Shown here one piece after another: positions 33,895 to 42,136 of a stretch of DNA of 44,485 bases (the first letter of the stretch is position 1; each line of letters begins with the position of its first letter). The notes under the pieces are model-generated. The model did no database searches. It saw nothing but the letters and a program-made list of their open reading frames with translations, and had not been told where the DNA came from. The DNA is from Streptococcus sp. (lineage in GTDB: Bacteria; Bacillota; Bacilli; Lactobacillales; Streptococcaceae): the NCBI GenBank assembly GCA_046994005.1, contig JBKXCY010000001.1, positions 1 through 44,485 on the forward strand. Reading direction: 5' to 3'. The position numbers and the translations under genes were made by a program.

Positions 33895-34761
33895 GTGGGT
33901 ACATTATTAGCAACAAGATTAAAAAATAGACGAAAAGAATTAAAAATGTCACAAAAAGAATTGGCTGAAGGGATTTGCAAACAAGGTCAAATTAGTCGGT
34001 TAGAGAGTGGAGAATATACTCCAGGGGCAGACTTCTTGTATGCTTTATCACGCAGACTAAAAGTCAGTATGGATTATTTTTTTGAAGAACATGTTGAACA
34101 GAAAATAGACGAGCTAACAGAATTTAAAAAAATAGCACGTATTTTTATTATGAATCGGAATTATGAGTCTTTAAAATATATACTTGAATTAGAAAATATT
34201 AAGACCCATCGTTTATCTTTATCTGATAAACTTTATATGGAGTGGATAAAAACACTTGTTGATTTTTATTTTTATGGAAAGAAAGACGAGGCAGTTCAAA
34301 AATTAGAGGGAGTACTTGAGCAACTAAGTACATCTGATTTGAACTATCTTCAATTCTCTAATACATTATTTAATTTTTATTATGAAGTTGGGAGTATAGA
34401 ACGATTTAATAAAATTAGAGATCGAATAGAGGAAAGAGTTAACCAATTGAGTTTAAATACGATAGAAGAACTAGAATTGTCAATCAAATTTAACTATAAC
34501 GTATGCCGGTATTTATGGCTCCAAAAAGATACTGAACAAGCAATTTCTAGAATTTCTACTACAATTAAACAATGTAAAGATTATAGAACTACCTATCTAT
34601 TAGCAGATTTATATGTATTAATGGGAAATATAAGTAAAAGTATTTCATCAAAAGATAACACATTAGAAAATTATGAAGTTGCCCGTTTTTTGTACAAACT
34701 TGATGAGAATATCCCTATGATGCTAAAAGTAGAGCAGTATATTTTAAAATTGACGGAATAA
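33895..34761 (+). CDS. XRE-HTH/TPR (PlcR/Tpr-like, RRNPP) transcriptional regulator
   Basis: RRKELKMSQKELAEGICKQGQISRLE HTH plus helical C-terminal repeats; AAAGGA RBS, GTG start. Confidence 0.85.
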   Translation: MGTLLATRLKNRRKELKMSQKELAEGICKQGQISRLESGEYTPGADFLYALSRRLKVSMDYFFEEHVEQKIDELTEFKKIARIFIMNRNYESLKYILELENIKTHRLSLSDKLYMEWIKTLVDFYFYGKKDEAVQKLEGVLEQLSTSDLNYLQFSNTLFNFYYEVGSIERFNKIRDRIEERVNQLSLNTIEELELSIKFNYNVCRYLWLQKDTEQAISRISTTIKQCKDYRTTYLLADLYVLMGNISKSISSKDNTLENYEVARFLYKLDENIPMMLKVEQYILKLTE

Positions 34762-34913
34762 TATGTAACGATGTTTTTAAATAACATCGTTTTAAAATAC
34801 AAAAAAGCATCTAATTATAAATAGATACAAAATGATTATATTATGTATTGACTTGTTATGCATGAGGTGCTAAAATAAAATGCAATAATACAAAAGGGAG
34901 GAGATCAAGAAGG

Positions 34914-35148
34914 ATTTGTTTTTGTCATGGGTTAGCTGACTTGCTCTATTCGTGCGATGATAAGTATTCAACAAAAGATATTCAAAGAGTATTGTAGATT
35001 ACTGGAAAGAAATTATTTCAATAACAAAGTACATAATGAATATAGTGTTTGAGGAGTATTAAGTGACAAAATAGGAACTTTATTATCATATGTTGCACTT
35101 AAACATAAGATAATAATTTGTGAAGAAATATTTGGAATTTTTAAATGA
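34914..35148 (+). pseudogene. Degenerate 3' remnant of a LanC-like lanthionine synthetase
   Basis: ICFCHGLA (CHG motif) at 34914-34937; after a frameshift, ...YSV*GVLSDKIGTLLSY...GIFK* ends 9 bp before the ABC gene. Confidence 0.45.
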
Positions 35149-35157
35149 GGCTGGAAT

Positions 35158-36768
35158 ATGACATTAAAAACTTATTTAATTAGATGCAAACGAAGTAATT
35201 CTATATGGTTGTTTTGGATTTTTATTAATTCATTATGTGTTTACTTAAATGGTATATTGAGTGCAAAAGCAATTTCTACAATTGTAAATTTTGATTTACA
35301 GGGATTTTTGTATTTAAGTGGAGCGATTTTAGCTGTAAATTTAATATGGGTATTACAAATATATCAAAACTCAAAAGCAAGTGAAAAAGCCATACAAGAA
35401 ATGTGTACCGAAATACGTAAAGATATTGTAAAAAGTATTGAAAGTAAAGGTGTGATACGTTTTGGCTCAAAAAGTGTTAGCGCCTATACCTCATGGCTGA
35501 CAAATGATCTTAATACTATTCGAGATCTTGGCTTTGAAACACTTGAATTAATGATTAGTCAAGCATTAAATATCATTTTTGCAATTATTGCCTTTTTTAG
35601 TTTCCATTATTCATTATTGTTTACAATTTTGATATTCTTCCTTTTAATGGTAAATCTCCCTAAAATATTTACAAAGAAAATGGAGAATAAAGCTGTTTAC
35701 TTTACTGAGAAGAATGAAGAATTAGTTAAAGCAATTGATGATTCTTTAAGTGGATTTCGAATGTTATCCAATGCTAATCAACTTCAATTTTTAATGGTAA
35801 AAATTTTATCTTATTCAAAAAAATATTCGAAGTCCAGAGTTTCATATTCAAAAACCTTTGGTGGGCTTATGTCTGTTCAAAATGGGACTAGTTTTGTGAG
35901 TCAAATTGCCATGTTGACCCACGCAGGGGTCTTATATTTTAACCGATTAATTCCGATTGGTGCTGTATCTTCTTCTCAATATTTTTCATCAATTATCTTT
36001 ACTGGCTTAACAGGCTTAACGGCAAATTACGCTGAGTTTAAAACGGTAAACAAAATATTTGAAAAATTTGAATTGGAAGGTGACCAAAGTATTAATGAAA
36101 GTAATGTTAATAAACAAACTTGGAAGAAATTTATAGATAAAGTAGAATTTCAATCGGTAACTATTGAACGTGACGGTAAGATTGTCTTAGATAATTTAAA
36201 TGTTAAAATTGAAAAAAATAAGAAGTATGCAATATCAGGATCATCTGGTTCAGGAAAATCAACTATATTAAAGGCTATTAATGGTGAAATCCCAATTTCG
36301 AAAGGCCACATCTTCTATGACAATATCGATTCAAAAAATATGAATTTCAAGGATCTTCATGAAAATATTTCTTATGTTAGTTTGGAAGATCATATTTTTA
36401 ACGAATCCATTTTATTTAATTTGACATTAGGCCGAGAAATAGAAGATTCAAAAATCGAAAAAGCATTGGAATTATTTTATTTAAGAGACTGGATTAATGG
36501 ATTGAGTCATGGATTGGAAACTACTTTATCGGAAATTAGCCAAGATATTTCTAGTGGACAGAAGCAACGAATTAGTCTAGCTAGAGCTTACCTTGAAGAA
36601 AAACCAATTTTAATTATTGATGAGGCAACTGATGCGATTGATAAAGAAAGACGGTATCAAATTGAAAAACATCTATTCTCAATGACAGAAAAAACTGTTA
36701 TTTTTGTAAGCCATCATCTAGATGAAAATATAAGATCTCTTTTTGATAAAATTATATATTTGGATTAG
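35158..36768 (+). CDS. ABC exporter, fused permease/ATPase (peptide/bacteriocin type)
   Basis: N-terminal TM domain; GSSGSGKS, ISSGQKQR and IIDEAT motifs. Confidence 0.9.
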   Translation: MTLKTYLIRCKRSNSIWLFWIFINSLCVYLNGILSAKAISTIVNFDLQGFLYLSGAILAVNLIWVLQIYQNSKASEKAIQEMCTEIRKDIVKSIESKGVIRFGSKSVSAYTSWLTNDLNTIRDLGFETLELMISQALNIIFAIIAFFSFHYSLLFTILIFFLLMVNLPKIFTKKMENKAVYFTEKNEELVKAIDDSLSGFRMLSNANQLQFLMVKILSYSKKYSKSRVSYSKTFGGLMSVQNGTSFVSQIAMLTHAGVLYFNRLIPIGAVSSSQYFSSIIFTGLTGLTANYAEFKTVNKIFEKFELEGDQSINESNVNKQTWKKFIDKVEFQSVTIERDGKIVLDNLNVKIEKNKKYAISGSSGSGKSTILKAINGEIPISKGHIFYDNIDSKNMNFKDLHENISYVSLEDHIFNESILFNLTLGREIEDSKIEKALELFYLRDWINGLSHGLETTLSEISQDISSGQKQRISLARAYLEEKPILIIDEATDAIDKERRYQIEKHLFSMTEKTVIFVSHHLDENIRSLFDKIIYLD

Positions 36769-36823
36769 TTTTAACATACTGAGATCAGTAGGTTAGATTG
36801 AAGAAAGATTCATCTACCAGATT

Positions 36824-36869
36824 TAAAAACGCACCAAAATTGGTGCGTTTTTATTTTTTGTGCTATAAT
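36824..36869 (+). promoter_or_regulatory. pezAT promoter/operator palindrome
   Basis: TAAAAACGCACCAA-AA-TTGGTGCGTTTTTA followed by extended -10 TGCTATAAT. Confidence 0.7.
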
Positions 36870-36890
36870 AGAAATAAAAGGAGGAGTTAC

Positions 36891-37367
36891 ATGATTGGAG
36901 AAAATATAAAAACGTTACGTAAAACACATAAATTAACCCAGCCTGAGTTTGCAAAGATTGTTGGTATTTCTAGAAATAGTCTGAGTCGTTATGAAAATGG
37001 AACAAGTCGAGTTTCGACAGAATTAATAGATCGTATCTGCAAGAAATTTAATGTTTCGTATATCGATATCGTAGGGGAGGAAAAAATGCTCACACCAGTA
37101 GAAGATTATCAATTAACTCTGAAAATTGAAGTGATTAAAGAACGAGGGGCGAATATCTTAGCGCAACTTTATCGTTTTCAAGATGAACAAGGAATTGCAT
37201 TTGATGATACTTTGAATCCTTGGGTTCTAATGAGCGATGATTTGTCTGATTTGATTAATACGAGGATTTATCTTGTTTCAACTTTTGAGGATATAGAGCG
37301 ATTTAATGGCTATTTGGATGGTATTGAACGTATGCTAGAACAAGCTAGTCATCTGGTGGTGGCTTAA
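36891..37367 (+). CDS. pezA: PezA antitoxin (XRE HTH plus epsilon-like domain)
   Basis: MIGENIKTLRKTH.LTQPEFA...LTPVEDYQLTLKIEVIKERG; stop overlaps the pezT start; AGGAGG RBS. Confidence 0.92.
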   Translation: MIGENIKTLRKTHKLTQPEFAKIVGISRNSLSRYENGTSRVSTELIDRICKKFNVSYIDIVGEEKMLTPVEDYQLTLKIEVIKERGANILAQLYRFQDEQGIAFDDTLNPWVLMSDDLSDLINTRIYLVSTFEDIERFNGYLDGIERMLEQASHLVVA

Positions 37368-38134
37368 TGAAACTAGAAGAATTTAGTCAAGATAATTTTG
37401 AACAAGCCTCCAAACGGCTTATCCGTTCTTTAACTCGTGGAAAAACAATCTCATCTCATCCTAAGGCTATTTTGCTCGGTGGACAGAGTGGTGCTGGGAA
37501 AACAACGATTCATCGTATTAAACAAAGGGAATTTCAAGGTAATATCATTATCATTGATGGGGATAGTTATCGCTCTTTTCATCCGAACTACATTGGCCTA
37601 CAGGAAAAGTATGGCAAAGATAGTGTGGATTATACCAAAGTATTCGCGGGACAAATGGTTGAATATCTTGTAGATGAGTTGAGTAAAAAAGGTTTTCATT
37701 TATTAATCGAGGGTACCTTGAGAACAACAGAAGTCCCCCGAAAAACGGCCCAATTATTGATAACTAAAGGATATCAAGTCTCACTTGCACTAATTGCGAC
37801 CAAACCAGAATTATCCTATCTCAGCACCTTGATACGTTATGAAGAGCTCTATGCTATAGATCCTCGTCAAGCTAGAGCAACTCCCAAAGAGCACCATGAT
37901 GGAATTGTAGAACATTTAGTTGATAACTTACGAGAGTTAGAAAATGACAAGATTTTTAATCAAGTTCAAATTTACCGAAGAGATCAATCGTGTGTTTATG
38001 ATTCGCAAGTAGACGAAACATCAGCAGCAGTAGTCCTACACGAATGCCTATTTGGAAAATGGAATAAGGTGGAAAAAGAGATGTTGAAGTTGGGACAGGA
38101 ACGGTTGAGAGAACTGGGAGGAATTGATAAGTGA
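37367..38134 (+). CDS. pezT: PezT zeta toxin (UNAG kinase)
   Basis: GGQSGAGKT P-loop, IIDGDSYR, EGTLRT and RATPKEHHD motifs. Confidence 0.95.
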   Translation: MKLEEFSQDNFEQASKRLIRSLTRGKTISSHPKAILLGGQSGAGKTTIHRIKQREFQGNIIIIDGDSYRSFHPNYIGLQEKYGKDSVDYTKVFAGQMVEYLVDELSKKGFHLLIEGTLRTTEVPRKTAQLLITKGYQVSLALIATKPELSYLSTLIRYEELYAIDPRQARATPKEHHDGIVEHLVDNLRELENDKIFNQVQIYRRDQSCVYDSQVDETSAAVVLHECLFGKWNKVEKEMLKLGQERLRELGGIDK

Positions 38135-38147
38135 CGAAGGGCTAATT

Positions 38148-38326
38148 TATGCAAAGACTTAATTTAAGATTCTTAAAGTCTTGTTATTTGTCAAAATACT
38201 GATTTTAAGCGATTTTGCATTCGATAAAATCAACAATTTATAGATGTATTACATTATATTGGACAGTAAATGGACAGTGACAGAGTGTTTGAAGGAGAAA
38301 AAGAGGCCTAAGGGTCTCTTTTATGT
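38148..38326 (+). repeat. att-like repeat copy 3
   Basis: Differs from copy 2 by one inserted A after the core and a few substitutions; starts 13 bp after the pezT stop. Confidence 0.9.
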
Positions 38327-38477
38327 AATTACTTAGTTTTTGTTAAGAATTAACGGATTAAGTTTCATGGGTATATTTATAACTTTTTGTCATTGGCAAA
38401 TAAATTATATCAGGACCTTTTACTATGATATTGGCCACTTATACAATTACATACGATAACATTATAGTTTATTTTAT

Positions 38478-38519
38478 TTGACTTTAATGCATAACAACGT
38501 TATAATGAAAGCGAATTCA
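38478..38519 (+). promoter_or_regulatory. Near-consensus sigma70 promoter with cre-like site
   Basis: TTGACT-17bp-TATAAT (38478-38506); TGAAAGCGAATTCA (38506-38519) over the predicted +1. Confidence 0.65.
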
Positions 38520-38558
38520 ATAAATAGATTATTTAGGTTAGAAGGGATGTGTCCATAG

Positions 38559-38681
38559 ATGAACAAAAGAAGCTTCAAAAAAATGTCTCTAATATTTATT
38601 TTAGGTATCATTGTAGGTCTATTCTTAATCCCATTACTTAGACCACTTATAGTTGATTGGCTAAAAACTATATTTGGTTAA
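38559..38681 (+). CDS. Unannotated 40-aa single-TM peptide
   Basis: MNKRSFKKMSLIFILGIIVGLFLIPLLRPLIVDWLKTIFG*; preceded by the promoter above and AGAAGGGA. Confidence 0.55.
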   Translation: MNKRSFKKMSLIFILGIIVGLFLIPLLRPLIVDWLKTIFG

Positions 38682-38891
38682 TAGTAACGATAACCTTATT
38701 TAACAAAAAAGTTTTCCCTTATATTTTTTAATAGCATTGTTTTGACAAATTAACTTCCACGTTTATTGGCGGTAGAAGTTGGTTTGAGAATTTAGCACTT
38801 TGATGACCTTAGACCATTATAATCCTACACGTACAGGTATGACTTTTAGTTTTAGATATTCTCATTAGTTTAATTAAAGGAGATCCGTGTT

Positions 38892-39122
38892 ATGGTAACG
38901 AAGTATTACAAGTATATTCCTTGGTTGGTTTTAGGAGCTATTGGATCTTATGAATCCGCAACTTATTTTGGACATAGTACATTTGATATACTGTATTTAT
39001 CTATTGTTTTTATGATTGTTTACGTAGCTTTGTTCATTCTACACGAAAAATATCTGAAATATAAATATAAAGAAATATTTACACATATTATGAGCAATCC
39101 TGAAAAAGATCATCATCCCTAG
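38892..39122 (+). CDS. Small 2-TM membrane protein
   Basis: AAGGAG RBS; two hydrophobic segments in 76 aa. Confidence 0.6.
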   Translation: MVTKYYKYIPWLVLGAIGSYESATYFGHSTFDILYLSIVFMIVYVALFILHEKYLKYKYKEIFTHIMSNPEKDHHP

Positions 39123-39157
39123 TAAGATATAGCATAATAAAGCCCTAGCAACCAGAT

Positions 39158-39234
39158 TGTACTGCCCCCAAAAAGTTAGACAATTAATTTAAGCAAAGGA
39201 TTTAGTTCTGTATTGCACAGGACTGAGTCCTTTT
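39158..39234 (-). mobile_element. IS3-family (IS150/IS861-like) terminal remnant
   Basis: Terminal IR TGTACTGCCCCCAAAAAGTTAGACA; minus strand encodes the transposase C-terminus KGLSPVQYRTKSFA*. Confidence 0.8.
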
Positions 39235-39437
39235 CTACTATTTGTATAGAAGTGTATACATTTTTAATCTATAGTCGTAGAGATTTAGTAAAACTATAGC
39301 CAAATATAGATCTTTTTCTATAATTCACTAATGTCTGTTATAATGGACATTATTTGAAATTTCCATTATAACAGACATTGATACAGTTTTGTAATATTAT
39401 TTTGGTAAAATTAAAATTATAGAAGGAGGCTAAAACT

Positions 39438-39800
39438 ATGAGAAAATTAATAGGTTTACTACTACTTTCATTATCAATCATTTCGTTAATTGCTTGCACT
39501 AAAAATAAGCAACAATCTCTGGATGGCGAATACTATTGGATATCAAGTGAAAGAAATGAATTAGCATTTACTATAAAAGGAGATACTGCTTCCATAGAGC
39601 ATGGAGAAGCCGACAGCTTTACCATTAACAAAAAAAAGAATACGATCGAATTAACTGGACAAAATATTGCAAGTCGAACAGAAGAATATTCATTTAAAGA
39701 TGGGGTCTTTTCTGTTGATATTAGTGGAGTTAAGCACGACTACTATCTTAAAGATAGCGAAGCATATAATAATGCACTAAAACAATATGGATATAAATAA
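39438..39800 (+). CDS. Small hypothetical lipoprotein
   Basis: AGGAGG RBS, signal peptide with LIAC lipobox. Confidence 0.8.
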   Translation: MRKLIGLLLLSLSIISLIACTKNKQQSLDGEYYWISSERNELAFTIKGDTASIEHGEADSFTINKKKNTIELTGQNIASRTEEYSFKDGVFSVDISGVKHDYYLKDSEAYNNALKQYGYK

Positions 39801-39807
39801 CATCATT

Positions 39808-39838
39808 CACACCTATTTTCCCGAATAGGTGTTTTTTT
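39808..39838 (+). terminator. Terminator after lipoprotein gene
   Basis: ACACCTATT-TTCCCG-AATAGGTGT followed by a T-tract. Confidence 0.75.
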
Positions 39839-40030
39839 GTGCTAAATAGATTCCTTCAAAAAACTTTTAAGCTTATTATTAACCGAAAGTCAAATCTATT
39901 TTTTGTTCAAATTTTGGTCAAAGAAACAAAATATACCATCCTATTTTAAAAAACCGAATTGTGATGATTGCCGATAAACAAACACTTTGATTTTTCTTTT
40001 TATTTCTTTATTCTTCTTATCATGCAAGAT

Positions 40031-40102
40031 TCAGAGAATAAAGCTAGTTGCAGCCACTGCTCCAACACTAATTAAGGCTTTAGTTTTGACTTTATTTAAC
40101 AT
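40031..40102 (-). pseudogene. 23-codon N-terminal stub of a secreted/membrane protein, probably of conjugative-element origin
   Basis: AGAAAGAAGG RBS then MLNKVKTKALISVGAVAATSFIL*; resembles (from recall) the start of a streptococcal ICE protein. Confidence 0.4.
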
Positions 40103-40309
40103 CTTAGACCTTCTTTCTAAAAAACTAGGTCAAGAATAACAAAAAAGATTTGTAAGTTTTATCACATCACAACGAAAGGTAATTCCTACATTTCTGGCGC
40201 AAAATCGTACAGTTCAGAGCAAAAATTAAAACCAGCTGTCCTTGGGGTATAATAGACTTATTGGAAAAAATAAAGTGCCATACTGTACTATGCTATACTA
40301 TAGTTAAGA

Positions 40310-41015
40310 AAACTATTTACGAAAAACCATGCAACTAACTCCTGAGAACTTTAAATTATTTATTAGTGTCAAAAAGGATACCTTCCCAACAAAGATATCC
40401 TGTCTAGATACAACTTATAAATCCAAACACTGTAAAGGAGGAGGCACAAAAACTTTAAGTCTAGAAAAACAGTTAATTTTGAACTTGCATTATTTATGCT
40501 ATTAATCAACTCAACATCTTCTAGTTTTTTGATTTTGGTCTTGGACTAGTGATAGTCACTGAACATTAACATTCGTAGAATATACTCTTCATTCCTCAAG
40601 TCTATTTGACTTAGAAAACTTAAAATCAACAAGTGTCACTATAGCTATTGATGTCACAGAAAGTCCTATTTCAATGTCCTAAAAGAAACCAAAGTAAGAA
40701 TTATCCTGGAAAAAGATATACACCATAAAGACACAATCATAATCGATTTAACGACACTTCGTGCCTGTCAATTAGTTTTTTGAGATGGTCATACACATTA
40801 TTTTACTCTTTTTAAAGAAAGTATAGGTCAAGTTTGTCAGAGCAATTACTTGTTTTTGTTATTTAGATACTATGAATATTCATGAGATATCTTTTTTCCT
40901 TTAAAAAGTTCTAAAAAGCATGTATCGACTGTAGAGGATAAGAAGTTTAATAGAGATAGTTGTAATACGTATTAAAATTGAGCGTTTAAATGCTAAGTTT
41001 AAAACTTTTCAATTT
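40310..41015 (+). mobile_element. Heavily decayed IS5-family (IS1381-like) transposase
   Basis: Frameshifted fragments ENFKLFISVKKDTF, LSLEKQLIL, IAIDVTESPI, PKRNQSKNY.GK, GHTH..TLFKES, KSSKKH..TVEDKKFN and RIKIERLNAKFKTF. Confidence 0.75.
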
Positions 41016-41147
41016 GTGGAATCATCAACTGTGAGTTAAAATAATTTACAAACAGAGGCTTTCCAAAAAACTTGATATCATACGTTTTATTGTGGAAATA
41101 TTTATTTCATTTTCTCCTAGTATTGAATTTTCACACACTCATTAATT

Positions 41148-41216
41148 TTATTGATATAATCCAATAATAATGATAATATCAAATAATAATAAAAAGATTT
41201 GATAGTATTTTTTCAG
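41148..41216 (-). CDS. shp: Short hydrophobic peptide (SHP) pheromone precursor
   Basis: (M)KKYYQIFLLLFDIIIIIGLYQ*; CTG start with AGAAAGCGTGA RBS; divergent from and adjacent to rgg. Confidence 0.75.
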   Translation of the reverse strand: MKKYYQIFLLLFDIIIIIGLYQ

Positions 41217-41263
41217 AATCTGTCACGCTTTCTAATGATTTTTTATGGTAAATGGAGATAAAT

Positions 41264-42127
41264 ATGATTATAGGTGAAACTTATAGAAAAATACGAGAAG
41301 GAAAAGGTATTTCTATTTCTTCATTAGCAGGTGCAGAAATTTCAAAGTCTCAAATATCTAGATTTGAATTAGGAGAGACAGAAATCTCATTTTTTAAATT
41401 ATTATATCTACTTGAAAAAATAGGTGTAACACTAGAAGAGTTTTTGCTTTCATGTAATCATTATCAACCTTCGGATTTTAATACCTTAATAGCTTCTGTT
41501 AAACAGGCCGCATATAATGAAGATACTCAAGCATTACTAGATATGGTAGAGAAAGAAATAGAACTTTTTCATGAGACAAATTCTCATTACCATAAATTAA
41601 ATGCTATTTTCATTGAAAGTATTATCTATGGAATTGATAATACTCATCAATTGAGTAATCAAGACACCTCTTATCTTACTAATTATTTATTTTCTGTTGA
41701 AAACTGGGGATATTACGAAATTCTTATTCTTGGAAATTGTTGTCGAGCAATATTACCAAATTTATTATTTAGATATGCCAAAGAGGCGCTTAAAAAAGGA
41801 AAGTTGTATAGTTCTATACCTAGAAATAAACAAGCTCTCGTTCAATTACTTCTTAATTCACTTCTTATTATGATTGAAAACAGCTTATATGAGGAAGCTT
41901 TATTTTTAAAACAAGCTACTAAGAATATATTATCTAATTCCACAGATTTTTTTGAACAAACTATTCTTTTGTATTTAGAAGGATTTTTTGAACTTAAATT
42001 TCATCGTAATCAAAAATCAATTTTAAAAATAGAAGATGCTTTAAAAATTTTTGAATTATTCAATAAAACAATCTACAAAAATTACAAACAATACTTTGAG
42101 AAACACATCATTCATTTAGTAGACTAG
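41264..42127 (+). CDS. rgg: Rgg/GadR/MutR-family transcriptional regulator
   Basis: IGETYRKIRE..ISKSQISRFELGE HTH; YLFSVENWGYYEI Rgg motif; GGAG RBS before ATG 41264 (alternative start 41252). Confidence 0.9.
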   Translation: MIIGETYRKIREGKGISISSLAGAEISKSQISRFELGETEISFFKLLYLLEKIGVTLEEFLLSCNHYQPSDFNTLIASVKQAAYNEDTQALLDMVEKEIELFHETNSHYHKLNAIFIESIIYGIDNTHQLSNQDTSYLTNYLFSVENWGYYEILILGNCCRAILPNLLFRYAKEALKKGKLYSSIPRNKQALVQLLLNSLLIMIENSLYEEALFLKQATKNILSNSTDFFEQTILLYLEGFFELKFHRNQKSILKIEDALKIFELFNKTIYKNYKQYFEKHIIHLVD

Positions 42128-42136
42128 GCCATTTAT

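Noticed and set aside
36798..36890. N-terminal extensions in the ORF track (pezA, and likewise larC, larR, larE, lacG, lacX, rimI, azlD, HI0933)
   Set aside because: Downstream starts have proper RBSs or translational coupling; the extensions cover promoter or upstream-gene DNA.
40031..40102. 23-aa hydrophobic peptide as the Rgg pheromone
   Set aside because: Lacks the acidic residue/poly-Ile-Gly SHP pattern and is over 1 kb from rgg; a proper SHP is at 41148-41216.
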